Positions 37,590-50,600 of a DNA stretch of 64,000 nucleotides are shown piece after piece. The position numbers and the translations under genes are program-made. Numbering within the stretch: the stretch's first letter is position 1; the number at the start of each line of letters is the position of its first letter. Origin of the DNA: Azolla caroliniana. Its lineage: Eukaryota; Plantae; Polypodiophyta. The stretch lies in contig JBHGNT010000016.1 in the NCBI GenBank assembly GCA_043228905.1, positions 5,022,001 to 5,086,000 of the forward strand, given 5' to 3'. The notes below the pieces were generated by a model that was not told the DNA's origin, searched no databases, and worked only from the letters and a program-made list of their open reading frames with translations.

Positions 37590-40500
37590 TGTTGAGATAC
37601 AAGCTCAACATTGGCCGGATTGGCTGTGCAAGCCGAGAACCAGATCGGTTGGGACCGATCGGTTAGGCCGTACCGATGCGTAAATCGGTACGCATAACAT
37701 GGCTGTATCGGTGCGTAAACTGGAAGGCCGTTAGGAAGATATTCCTCGTAAGGAATAATTTTGGGAGTTAGCGTAGTAGGCTCATTTATGAGTGGTCAAG
37801 TACTGTCAGTACTTGTGTCAGCCTGATTGTCAGGGCTTGTATAAAAGGTGCTCACTGAGCATAGTGTATGTATAGAGTTAGTATTTTTTTAATTGAATTT
37901 CTTGTGTGTTCTCTCTCTGTCTCTCCCACGTACTGTGCATACTCAAGCTCTCCATTAAACCTGCGTATTTTTTGTGTGTTTGGTTTTCTATTGCTTCCGC
38001 ACATAATCTTTTACATGGTATTAGAGCGCGAGGGTTGAGAACCTCTGCAATCGACATAGCTTGAAAGAAAAACCAACCAAGAAGAACAGGAAAAACCGAT
38101 GGATAGAGGCATGGCTAGCTCGCTTCCAACAAAGAAGCTCGACAGAAACAACTACGCGTCTTGGTCTTACAAGATGCACCAGTACCTGCTCGGACACGGT
38201 TACTGGAGCTATGGTGATGGAGCAAATGACACAACACCCGATTTGACACACAAAGACTTCCTGGCTTGGGAACAGTTGGCGAGCAGAGTATTATACTGCT
38301 TTGTGTCTTGTGTGGGCGAACAGCTCCTAAGCTATATTTGGGATGCGAAAACGCCAAAGGATGCTTCGGGAAATCTGAAGAAGATCTTCGCCGCAAGCAC
38401 CACAGCCAGGAAGCTTCAAATCCGACAGGAGCTGAGCAATTTACGACAACGCGACTTGTCGGTGGCTAATTACACCTCGAAGATCAAAGATATATGTGAT
38501 TCTCTAGCCTCTATCGATGTGAACGTCGAGGAAGGTGAGATGGTGCAAATCTGTCTCGGGGGACTGGCGTCGAAGTTCGGAGCGTTCCGAACTGCTGTGT
38601 GTACACGGGAGAATACGCCGTCGTTTTTCGACTTATAGTCGATGCTCCTTATAGAGGAGAACCACGCGGGTGCGTCGACGAGCATGCATGCCGATAGTAA
38701 GATATTGTACATGGACGGAGATAGGCCACGTGGTCGTGGCGGATGAGGCGAGTCGGTGCGCAATGGAGGCGGCCGACGGGAGCAAGGAAGAAGGCACAGA
38801 AACTCTAGACCCTCCGGAAATAGGGGGAGTCGAGGCGACGAGAACCGGCAAGGGAAATCCGTCGCGGAATGTTGGTACTGTGGCAAGAAAGGCCACAGGG
38901 AGAGCGAGTGTTGGAAAAAGCGCGTTGATTCGGAGAGAACCGGGTCCGGATCATGTTCCGGACAAACTGACAAAGGAAATCGGCAACGATCGCACTACGC
39001 CAAAGGATCCGGATCCGGGTCAGTCTTCGTGACGAGACACGAAGCAAACTCGATGAAGAAGATCACCCCGAAGTCAGAGGAGGTGTGGTACATCGACTCC
39101 AGCGCATCAAACCACATGACGTGCCACAAGGAGTGGTTCTCATATCTGGAAAAACCGATGCAACTGGAGACGACACTCCGCATCCGATCGCAAATGTTGG
39201 TGAAGTTCCCTTGAGCCATGTCGGGCAGAAAGGGAAACTTATGAACGTGCTATATGTGCTATATGTCGCAACAATCAAGAAGAATCTGGTGTCGGTCGGA
39301 CAGATCGTCGACCAAGGGATGCAATTCCGGTTCACGCATCTTGGGTGCTTCGTCGAGGAAGAAGGTCGAGTTATTGTGCAAGGGCGTAGAGACGGGAGGA
39401 TGTTTATCCTCGAATCTAGTGACGGTGGCACCGCAATGTTCGCAAAAGGACAAAAAGTTGAGTCAGATATCGACTTATGGCACAAGCGGGTGGGCCACGT
39501 CAACTATCAACGGCTTCAGGACCTACAATTGAAACAGGTGGTGTTCGGATTGCCCAAATTCAGTGGCTGGAAGGCACAAATTTGTGAAGCCTGCCAGCTA
39601 GGGAAGCAACACCGACTTCCCTTCCCTAACGAGTGTTATCGGAGCCGAAACAAGCTCGACTTGATACATTCCGATGTATGGGGGCTGACATAGAACGTTA
39701 GTCTTGGCAGGAGTCGATATTTCGTCTCCTTCATCGACGACTATACGTGGCACACGTGGATCTACCTTATTGAGAAGAAGAGTGAAGTCTTCGACTGTTT
39801 CCGGGACCTTAAAGGGTTCGTGGAAAGGGAAATAGGACGAAAGATCAAGTGCCTACGGTCGGATGGCGGAAAAGAGTACTTTTCAGGTCAATTCAACGGC
39901 TATTTGCAACAGATGGGAATTCAGCGCGAATTCAGTTGTAGATACAGGCCGGAGCAAAACGGCGTGGCCGAGAGGAAAAATCGGTCAATTGTAGAAGCGG
40001 CGCGGGCAATGTTGGAAGAAAAGAGCTTGCCCAAGTTCTATTGGGCCGAGGCAGTACGAACCGCAGTATACATCCAGAATCGGATCGAAGACAAAGTGTT
40101 AGCGCATGAGCACTACTTTGGAAGGAAGCCGAATCTACGACACTTGAGAGTTTTCGGTCGCATTGCGTATGTGCATGTACCGAAAGAGAAACGGAGGAAG
40201 TTGGACGCGAAAACCGAGAAGTGTATCTTGGTCGGCTATTCGGACGTGCAGAAGGGTTATAAGTGTTATAACCCTCGCACCAAACAAGCACGCGTGAGCT
40301 GCGACGTTGTGTTTGACGAGTTCGCGTCCTGGTACTTACCCCCGACTCCAGACCTCATCTCCCATCCGAGTTCTGACGGCCGAGATGCCTCCGAATGAGC
40401 CTGAAATCGGGACCCACGAAGAGAGTCCGATTTCATTTCGGTTAAGCGGACCGAGAACCGACCCAGTCTGATGAAGAGCCAGCGAGATGCCTCCGAATGA

Positions 40501-43350
40501 GCCTGAAATCGGGACCCGCGAAGAGAGTCCGATTTCGTTTCGGTTAAGTGGACCGAGAACTGACCCAGTCCGATGAAGAGCCAGCGAGTAGTGGAGACTC
40601 GATCGTGCATTCCCCGCAGAGGAAGCCGAGGAGACGGCTTACGCACAAGGAAAAAGGGAAGAAGAAGATGTCGGCATACGACACGGATAGGAACGAGTTG
40701 GATCGACGCGAGTCCGACTCCGAGGGAAGCGATGATGGGTCTTCAAGAGCGAAGTCCGAATCGGCTAAGAAAGCCTCAACCTCGGCTAATGAGCAATTAC
40801 GCCGATCTACCCGCCAAAAGAACCCAGTTGTGCGGTTCGGTTACAACGAGTACATGGCGCATCACTATGCGTACATAACCCGTGTTGCGGAAGTGCGTGA
40901 GCCGGAGAGCTACGCAGAAGCGGCGAAGGACGTGAATTGGCCGCGATCGAGGAAGAGATGCACGCATTAGCGGAGAATGAAACCTGGGACCTAGTTGACG
41001 CATCGAAAGGTGTCAAGCCGATCGGATGCAAGTGGGTGTACAAGGTCAAGTACAACACCGACGGCTCAGTCAACCGATATAAGGCCCGGTTAGTAGCAAA
41101 AGGCTATGCGCAAAAACTCGGCATCGACTACGATGAGACGTTTGCGCTGGTCGCGAAGATGACGATCGTCCGTGTTTTGCTCGCGGTAGCTGCGGCAAAG
41201 GGGTGGCATTTACATCAGATGGATGTAAAGAATGCGTTCCTGCAAGGTGAGCTTGAGGAACAGGTGTACATGGTACAACCACCTGGATTTCACTCCGGAA
41301 CGAACACTTCGGCGGTGTGCCGATTGAAGAAGTCCCTTTACGGACTAGAGCAAGCCCCGCGTGCCTGGAACGCGAAGATCACGCAACGATTGCGTTGGAT
41401 GGGCTTTGCAACGTCAAAATCGGACTCCTCACTGTTCATCTGGAAAGGTCGACTCGGGCTGGTTAGTATCTTACTTTATGTTGATGATTTGGTCATCACC
41501 AGCGCCGACCTCAGTGAAATTGACCGTGTAAAGCTCTAGCTCGCGGCATCGTTAGATATGAAGGATCTGGGGGACCGTCATTACTTCCTCGGAATCGAAG
41601 TGATCCGCACCCCCGAAGGCATACTGATCAGCCAACGACATTACGTGTTGAGTATGCTCTTCAAATTCGGGATGGCCGACTGTAAGTCCGTCTCGACTCC
41701 TCTGGATAGAACCATCAAGCTTCTCCCCGATTCCGGAAAGGTATGCGACCCGACGAGGTTCTGACAGATAGTCGGAAGCCTTATATACTTGACCATCACC
41801 CGACCAGATCTCAGTTACCCGGTTGGGGTGGTTAGTCAATTCATGGCGCAACCGACCGAGGAGCACCTTCAATGCGCACGACGCGTACTCCGGTACGTTA
41901 GTGGCACTAAGGACCGGGGGCTACTATATCGGACCGATACAACCGCGCAGTTGGTCGGTTACATCGATGCTGATTGGGCCGGAAACACCGCCGATCACAG
42001 ATCCACCTCTGGTTTCGTGTTCTCTCTTGGGAGTGCCGCGATCGTGTGGAGTAGCAAGAAGCAACCGACAGTTGTGTTGTCGAGCACCAAAGCCGAGTAT
42101 AGAGGAGCGGCTATCGCGACATGCGAATCCATATGGTTGAAGCGACTACTTAAGGATCTGAAGGTGGAGGTACCCGATCCAACGATAATCTACTGCGACA
42201 ACTTCAGCAGCATCCAACTCGCAAAGAACCCCGTTTTCCACGCCCGGACTAAGCACATTGAGGTGCACTACCATTTTGTCCGCGAGCGTGTACTCTCCGA
42301 TGAAGTCAAACTTCACTATGTTCCGACGGATCGACAGACCGCCGACATCTTCACCAAGCCTCTTGGTCTGGACAAGTTGTGGCAATTCTCGGGTGCGCTT
42401 GGGTTGCGTCACCTCGACATGCCGAACTTGAGGGGGAGAGACGTCCCGAATGACCACCGAAGGGGGAGAAAAGACCGCGACGCCGAGTTGGATGACGAAT
42501 TCGATTTCGGATCGGCTGAAGAAGCCGAGGGCGGATCTGTGGAAGAATCCGAAAGCGGACATAAGGGGAGCAACTAGAAGAAAGAGCCAAAGCCAACCAA
42601 GCATGGGGGAGATGAAGCCATCAAGGATGAGAAGACCGGAAACGAGTTGGAGACAGCCAACTCGGACGAGAGCGAAAACCGATTGGAGGAAGCCGAGTCG
42701 GTTCGGGTGTTTGATTCGGATACGCTGAATCAACCGAGGGTCAAGCGGAAGAGAGGACACCAGAAGAGGCGCCAACACCGCAACAACAAGGAAGCTGAGA
42801 AGGGCCATGTGAGTAGACAAGCCGACCGAAAGGGTCAAGCCGCGTGGAATCAAACAGGTCGAGGAGCGTGAGCAAGGTGTGAAGCCAGAAGGAACCGGAG
42901 AGCAGATCCGGAAGAGCAAATGGAACCTCAAGTTGAGCTTGAGGGGGAGTGTTGAGATACAAGCTCAACATTGGCCGGATCGCTTGGAACCGATCGGTTA
43001 GGCCGGACCGATGCGTAAATCGGTACGCATAACATGGCCGAATTGGTGCGTCAACCGGAAGGTCGTTAGGAAGATATGCCTCGTAAGGAATAATTTTGGG
43101 AGTTAGCGTAGTAGGCTCATTTATGAGCGGTCAAGTACTGTCAGTACTTGTGTCAGCCCGATTGTTGGGGCTTGTATAAAAGGTGCTCACTGAGTACGGT
43201 GTATGTACAGAGTTAGTATTTCTTGAATTGAATTTCTTGTGTGTTCTCTCTCTGTCTCTCCCGCATACTGTGCATACTCAAGCTCTCCATTAAACCTGCG
43301 TATTTTCTATGTGTTTGGTTTTCTATTGCTTCCACACATAATCTTTTACA
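37590..43350 (+). mobile_element. Ty1/Copia element #3, full length (same family as #2)
   Basis: LTRs at 37590-38015 and 42950-43350, TSD TGTTC, PBS TGGTATTAGAGC at 38016, PPT GAGGGGGAG. Confidence 0.96.
38099..42955 (+). pseudogene. Copia gag-pol, disrupted
   Basis: Begins MDRGMASSLPTKKLDR; knuckle, protease, integrase, RT and RNase H fragments; ~102-bp internal duplication at 40381/40483. Confidence 0.93.
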
Positions 43351-44269
43351 TGTTCCATAGTGCATTAGATCATGTTTTGAACAAGTTGGATATGTGGCGC
43401 AATGCTAGCGTGTCTGACTGCAGATCAGAAGGTTGCGTGTTCGATTCATGTCGAGTTCATTTCAAGAAGGTCGACCAATATAACTTTCTTCTCCGTCGAT
43501 CTCCTTCAGCCATAACAAGATGTAGGATTCGTCGTGCAATAGCTAAGGCATGTTCGATAGTTCATATTTTGAACACGTAGGATACGTGGCGCAATGGTAG
43601 CATGTTCAATTCACGTTGGGTTCATTTCAGCAAGGTGGGCCAGAATGATAGAGTTATCGGTCAGCCTCCTTCGGCCAGAACAATGTGTAGGATTCCTTGT
43701 GCAATAGCTAAGGCGTGTTCGATAGTGCAACTAGTTTATTTTTTGAACAAGTAGGATCCGTGGTGCAATGTTAGCGCGTCTAACTCCAGATCAAAAAGTT
43801 GTGTGTTCGATTCAATTCGGGTTCATTAGGAAGGTCGATGACAATGACGGTCTTATCAGTCCGCATCCTTGGGCCATCACAATATGTAGGATCCGTCGTG
43901 CAATAGCTAAGGTGTGTTCGATATATTTTGAACACATAGGATCCATGGTGGTAGCCCGTTTGACTCCAAATCAGAAGGTTAGATGTTCGATTCACGTCCG
44001 GTTCATTTCAGGAAGGTAGACCACAATGAGTTTCTTGTCAGTTGGCTTACTTGGGCCATAACAAGATGTAGGATTCATCGTACAATAGCTAAGGCATGTT
44101 CAATAGTTCATTTTTCGAACACGTAAGATCTATGGCACAATGGTAGCGCGTCTGAGTCCAGATCAAAACGTTGCCTGTTCGATTCACGTCGGGTTTATTT
44201 TAGAAAGATTGACCAAAATGACGGTCTTATCCGTGGGCCATAACAATATGTAGGATTCTTCATTCACAT
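43351..44269 (+). repeat. tRNA-Trp-derived tandem array, segment 3
   Basis: About five degenerate monomers; closely parallels ~56100-57018. Confidence 0.95.
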
Positions 44270-46809
44270 TGTCGCGTTGCTACGCGCGTGCGTGGAGAAG
44301 GGAGGGACCACGGGGGTCTTGAACTAAGGAGTAGAGGAGAACAAATCGGCCATGGAATGAAAGCTTTGCTCAAGAAGAAGAAGAATGAACAAAAGATTAG
44401 ATCGAACAAGAGGAAGATGGAGACAAGATGATCAACAAGATATATTAAAACGAAATGAACAATTACAAAATGGTGGCCGCGTAGGCCGCCCCAAATGACT
44501 ACTCGAAACCCTAACCAACGAAGATGAAGATAAAGATAAAGATAAAGAAACCCTAACCCTAACCCTAACGCTCGACCTATGTGGTATACCTCGCACACTC
44601 AAAATAGGCAACCCCCACAATGGTGCCTTCTCTCTCCTTTTATAGCACAAGGAGGGAAGACCGTTTACAAAAGTGAGACTAAACTATCCCCTTTCATTCA
44701 AAGGGGATATTTGCCTTGATTTGGGGGAGGGTGAGATTGATGGCCCCTTAACTCCCACCCCCTCACAAACAACTAGGTACCTATGTACCGCATAGTACCT
44801 CTCTCTCTCTCTCGCGTGGATGTGCGCACAAGACCACATCACCTTTATACCTTAGGGATCTTATGGGGGCATTCCTAGCACCATGCACTTTACCCTTATT
44901 ACTATTACAAATACATTATGTACGTGTGCAACGTTGCACATCGCTCTTTGGCTCTCGTTGCTCGGGTTTCCGCTTGTGGACGAAAATCTTCACGACATCT
45001 GCCCCCACCTAACCGCACATCCACCGATATGTGCCAAAACATAGGGGAGAGAACACGAGATTTTTGGCCACGACGACCGACCGAGTCCTTAGCGTCCTCA
45101 TGGGCCCGCCCGGTTTTGTCTTCCACTTCGAGCAAGACCACCCCGTCCATACGAACCACCGCCGCCTTCCGTTCCACCATCCTCACCGAATGGTCTCGAA
45201 CCGTCGGCGCCATTCGATCTGCCACACTCAACGATGTTCGCCGAGTCGTTGCCTCCACCTGATCCGCCACGTCCACCGTGGGTCCTTGAACCACCGACTA
45301 CATCCGACCCGCCGTATCCGATGCCCGTGCTTTCCTCCCCGTTCGGTCCTCCCGAACGCCGTCGCCAACCCGGTTTCTCTTCCTTTGTCCGCCTCGTATA
45401 TCCTCTGGATGCGCTCCCGGTCGCATGCCGGATTCTGCCCTTTGTGTGCCGCACACCTCGGCGTGCCGACTCTCTCCGCTCCGCGCTTGCCTTCCGTAGG
45501 CTTTCCCCGCATGTGGATGCTCTCCTCCGAATGCGTGCTCATGCTTCGGTCCTTCGATGATCCCATCACGCGCTTTTCACTTTCCCCTTGTTCGTCGTGC
45601 TCTCTCACGGTAGAGCGTGCCATCACCCCGTCCTTCTTCGTGGCTCTCGTTACCGCTTCGCCTTGACCCACGCCCTCTTGGCCCGATTGGCCTCGCATGT
45701 CCTTTGGGACATCGCGTTTTCTCTTCCCGGTGCCTAGCCCTTCGTTCTCCACGCACCTCCTCCATTTTCCTAGATACGACTCTTTGCTCATGCCGATCGC
45801 GCTCGGCCCATGTCGTCGATCTTGGTGCTTCGCCGCGCCGTCCTTCGTCCCGCGCTTGCCTTTCGAAGGCTTGACCCGACCGTCATCGTCGGTCAATCGT
45901 TGTCGCCCATCCTCCGTATGCATGCTTGTCTCTTGGCCCTCCACCGGCCGTATTACATGCGTCTTGTGTCGCGCTTCCGCCGTAGACCCGACCTCCGCGT
46001 CGGTCTCCAACTCCTCGCCGCCACCCACCGTTTCTTCGTTCTCCCTTCGATCCGCGACCGCCGATGCCTCACGGGTAGGTGTGGAGGGTTCCTCCCACTC
46101 TCGGTCCACCACCGAGTCCTCGCCTCTCAAAGGCTCAATCGGTCCACCGTTTCCGGTCACTCATTGACACTCTCTCGGATGCATGCTCGTTCTTGGGCCC
46201 TTCACCGACCGTAATTCATGCTTCATGTTACGCCCTTCATCCGCCGCAGACCCGACCTCCGCGTCGGCCACTTCTTCTTTTGTCACCGCAACCCGCTTAG
46301 ACCCGGGCTCATCATCTTGGACCCGCTCGTCCATCATCTCATACTGGATACCCGCTCCGATAACTTTGTCCACTTCGGCCTCCGACTCCTCGCCGCCACC
46401 CGCCGTCTCTCCGGTCTCACGTTGATCTGCAACCGCTGAAGTCTCTAGAATGGGTGTGCAAGGTCCCTCTCCCTCTCGGTCTTCTAGCAAGCCGCGATCA
46501 CCGTGCCCACTAGGCCTCCTCAATACGCTCACCGGCTCTCGTCGCGTGTTGTGACCCTTAACTCCCACCTCCTCACAAACAACTAGGTACCTATGTACCG
46601 CATAGTACCTCTCTCTCTCTCGCGCGCGTGGATGTGGGCACAAGACCACATCACCTTTATACCTTAGGGATCTTATGGGGGCATTCCTAGCACCATGCAC
46701 TTTATCCTTATTACTATTACAAATACATTATGTACGTGTGCAACGTTGCACATCGCTCTTTGGCTCTCGTTGCTCAGGTTTCCGCTTGTGGACGAAAATC
46801 TTCACGACA
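44270..46809 (-). mobile_element. internally deleted Gypsy-type LTR element related to Gypsy #2
   Basis: Full LTR at 44270-44997 and truncated LTR at ~46555-46809. The PPT region after 44997 and the LTR end are homologous to 63034-63063 and 63660-63724. Flanks ACAT/ATGT. No gag-pol. Confidence 0.88.
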
Positions 46810-47284
46810 ATGTCGGGTTCATTTCAAGAAGGTCGACAACAATCACTTTCTTATCGGTCGGCCTCTTTGGGCCATAACAAGATGTAGGATTCAACGTGTA
46901 ATAGCTAAGGCATGTTCGATAGTTTATATTTCGAACATGTAGGATCCGTAGCGCGTCTAATTTCTAATTAGAAGGTTGCATGTTCGATTCAAGTGGGGTT
47001 CGTTTTAGGAAAGTCAACCATAATGACGGTCTTTTCCGTCGGCCTCCTTGGTCATGCAATAGCTAAGGCGTGTTCCATAGTGCATTAGATCATGTTTTGA
47101 ACACGTTGGATCCGTGGCGCAATGGTAGCGCGTCTGACTCCAGATCAGAAGGTTGCGTGTTCGATTCACGTCGGGTTCATTTTAGGAAGGGCGGCCACAA
47201 TAACTTTCTTATCCGTCGGAGTCCTTGGGCCATAACAAGATGTAGGATTTGTTGTGCAATACGTAAGGCATGTTCGATAGTTAA
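46810..47284 (+). repeat. tRNA-Trp-derived tandem array, segment 4
   Basis: Parallels ~55151-55640 and 63725-64000. Confidence 0.95.
47108..47179 (+). tRNA. trnW-CCA: tRNA-Trp(CCA), perfect consensus copy with T4 terminator
   Basis: Matches the recalled land-plant tRNA-Trp sequence over all 72 nt; TTTT at 47180-47183. Confidence 0.88.
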
Positions 47285-47584
47285 TGTTGAGCGGCAAGCT
47301 CAATCGGATCAAGATCGGGGAGCTAGGGAGCCGGTTAGCCGGATCCACCAGTAACCGGAAGCCTAGTAGCAGCTAGACTACTAGGGAGTTAATTGTCTCA
47401 TAGTCAGTGCCAGACGCTTGAGTGAGCATTGAAGTACGCGGTACTTCTGTCAGTCCTCTCAGGACTTGTATAAATAGTGTTGTTGAGCACGTTTCATGTA
47501 CAGAGAACTATTATTGTTTTTTAATAGATTTGAACGTTTTGGTCTCTCTCTCTCTGTCCCGAGTACTCTCTGTATTCTGTGTAC

Positions 47585-47622
<38 letters not shown>

Positions 47623-50600
47623 TTCTACACAAGCAAGTTGTTGTCTTACGCTTCCACATGGTATCAGAGTGCGAGGGTTGAAGACCTCTGCAACTGACAT
47701 TTGCTTTCGCAAGACAAACCCTACAGGTTGTGAGAACAGAACAGTAGACACAAAAAATATGGACAAAGGTATGGCGAGTTCACTTCCTACAGTGAAGCTC
47801 GACCGGAGCAACTACGCATCTTGGTCATACAAAATGCACCAGTACCTACTGGGGCATGGGTATTGGAGTTTCGTGGAAGGAATGAATGAGGTAGCACCAG
47901 AGCGTGGACACAAGGACCTACCGGTATGGGAGCAAGGAGTGAGCCGAGTATTATATTGCCTCGTGTCCTGTGTGCATGACCAGATGCTCGGCTACATCAA
48001 GGATGCAAAGACACCGAAGGAGGCCTAGGAAAATCTGCGTAAGATTTTCGCCGCAAGTACCACAACCTGTAAGTTGCAGCTCCAGCAAGAGCTGAACAAC
48101 ATCCGACAAAGAGATATGTCGGTTACGGAGTACACCACCAAAATAAAGGAGATTTGCGACGCACTTGGGTCGATCAATGTGACGGTGGACGAAGAAGAAA
48201 TGGTACAAATCTGGCTTGATGGTCTAGTGCAAAGGTATGGGCCAATCCGGACAGCAATCTGCACCCGGGAGAAACCACCGACCTTCTTTGACTTGCAATC
48301 GATGTTGATGGTCGAAGAAAACCACGCGAGTGGGTCCAGGACCACTCAATCGGATAGCCGGATGTTGTACACGGAGACGGATAGGCCCCGTGGGCATAGG
48401 GGACGAGGTGGGTTAGCACGCACTGGAGGCGGCTGGCAAGAGCAGGAAAGAAGGCACAAAGAACGTGTCGACGGCAGTTCCGGGACTTCCACAAGCACAG
48501 GGAGTTGCGGCGGCGCCAGAGGCCGGCAAGACAAATCCACCACGGAATGCTAGTACTGTGGCAAAAAGGGCCACAGAGAAAGCGAGTGCTGGAAGAAGCG
48601 CGCCAATTCGGATAGATCTAGATTTGGCAAAACCGGTCGGGAGAACCGGCAAAGCTCACACTACGCACAAGGATCGAAAGGATCCGGAACCGGGAAGACC
48701 GGTAATGGGCTAGCCTTGGTGATGAAGCACGAGGCAAATTCGATGAAGAAGACCACTTCCAAATCAGAGGAAGTATGGTATGTTGATTCCGGTGTGTCAA
48801 ATCACATGATGAGCCACAAAGAGTGGTTCTCCTTCCTGGAGAAACCGGAACAACCGGGAGTTGTCGAAACCGGAGACGACACTCCTCACCCAATCGTGCA
48901 TATAGGAGAAGTCCCTTTGACCCACGTCAGACAGAGGGGGGAAGCTGATGAATGTATTACACGTTCCGACTATCACGAAGAACCTGGTGTCGGTTGGACA
49001 GATTGTCGACCAGGGGATGCAGGTGCGGTTTACACACTGCGGGTGCTTCATCGAGGAAGAGGGCCAAATCATTGCGCAAGGGTGCAGAGACGAGGGGATG
49101 TTCATCCTCAACACCAATGACATCGACACCGCGTTGTTTTCCAAAGGACAGAAGATTGAATCGGATATTGATCTCTGGCACAAGCGGGTCGACCACGTCA
49201 AATACCGGCGGCTTCAAGACTTGCAAACGAAACAAGTTGTTTTTGGTTTGCTGAAGTTTAGTGGCCGGAAGGCCCATGTATTTGAAGCCTGCCACCTTGG
49301 GAAGCAACACCGGCTTCAATTCCCCACCAAACAAAACCGTAGTCGTAACAAGCTCGACCTTATTCATTTGGATGTATGGGGACCGGCACAGAACGTGAGT
49401 CTTGGCGGGAGTCGATATTTTGTCTCCTTCATCGACGACTACAACCGGCACACATGGATCTACCTCATTGAGCGGAAGAGCAAAGTCTTTGAGTGTGTCT
49501 GGAACCTGCAAAGCCTGGTTGAATGGGAAACGGAGAGGAAGATCAAGTGTCTACGGTCGGATGGCGGAAAAGAATATTTTTCTAGCCAATTCAATAGTTA
49601 TCTGCAGCAAATAGGAATTCGGCGAGAGTTCAGCTGCAGATACACACCAGAACATAATGTTGTAGCCGAGAGGAAGAACTAGTCGCTTATCGACGTGGCA
49701 AGGGCGATGCTGGAGGAGAAGAGCATGCCCAAATTCTACTGGGCGGAGGAGATCCGGACGGCCGTCTATATCCAAAACCGGATCGGTGATAAAGTGTCCA
49801 CGCATGAGCTGTATTTCGGGCGCAAGCCGAATTTGCGACACCTTCATATATTCGGCAGCATAGCATATGTGCATGTGTCGGATGAGAAGTGGAGGAAGTT
49901 GGATGCAAAGTCGGTTATTTGCATGAGCAAAAGGGGTATAAATGTTATAACCCCCGGACGAAGTAGGTTCGAGTTAGCTAGGATGTTGAGTTTGATGAGA
50001 CGGCATCATGGTATGCCTTACCGGCTCCGACTTCCGACCTCGACCCAATACTGGAGGATGAGGCTAGTGAGTCTGAACCGGTCCAGTTAGAAAACGAAGA
50101 CGTCGGCACTCTAGAAGAGAGTCCGATCTCATTTCGGTTAAGTGGACCGAATGAGCGGCTAAGTCGGGATGACCAGTCGGATGAGGAACCGGCGAGTAGT
50201 GGAGACTCTGCCGTGCTCTCTCCACGCAAGGAACCGAGGAGACGGTTCATGTGCAAAAAGAAGGGGAAGAAGAAGATGCCAGAATACGAAACCGGCAACG
50301 CTGAGTCGGATTGGTGCGAATCCGACTCTGGAAAAGATGAAGGCGGATCTTCGGGAACGAAGTCTGACCTAGCCATGAAGGGCCCCAAACCGGGTAGTAC
50401 CAAGTTACGCCGGTCTTCCCGCTAGAAGAACCCCATGACGCAGTACGAGTACAATGAGTACATGGCGCATCACTATGCGTACATGACCAAGGTGGCGGAA
50501 GTGCGTGACCCAGAGAGCTACGCAAAAGCGGCAAATGACGCACATTGGCGTGCCGCTATGGAGGAAGAGATACGGGCACTTGATTCCAATGACACATGGA

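Noticed and set aside
46942-47002. Apparent Arg anticodon (TCT/CCT) with compensatory TCTAA/TTAGA stem in D-arm-less monomers
   Set aside because: The D arm and A box are deleted, and both stem changes are ordinary CHG deaminations, so there is no evidence of selection.
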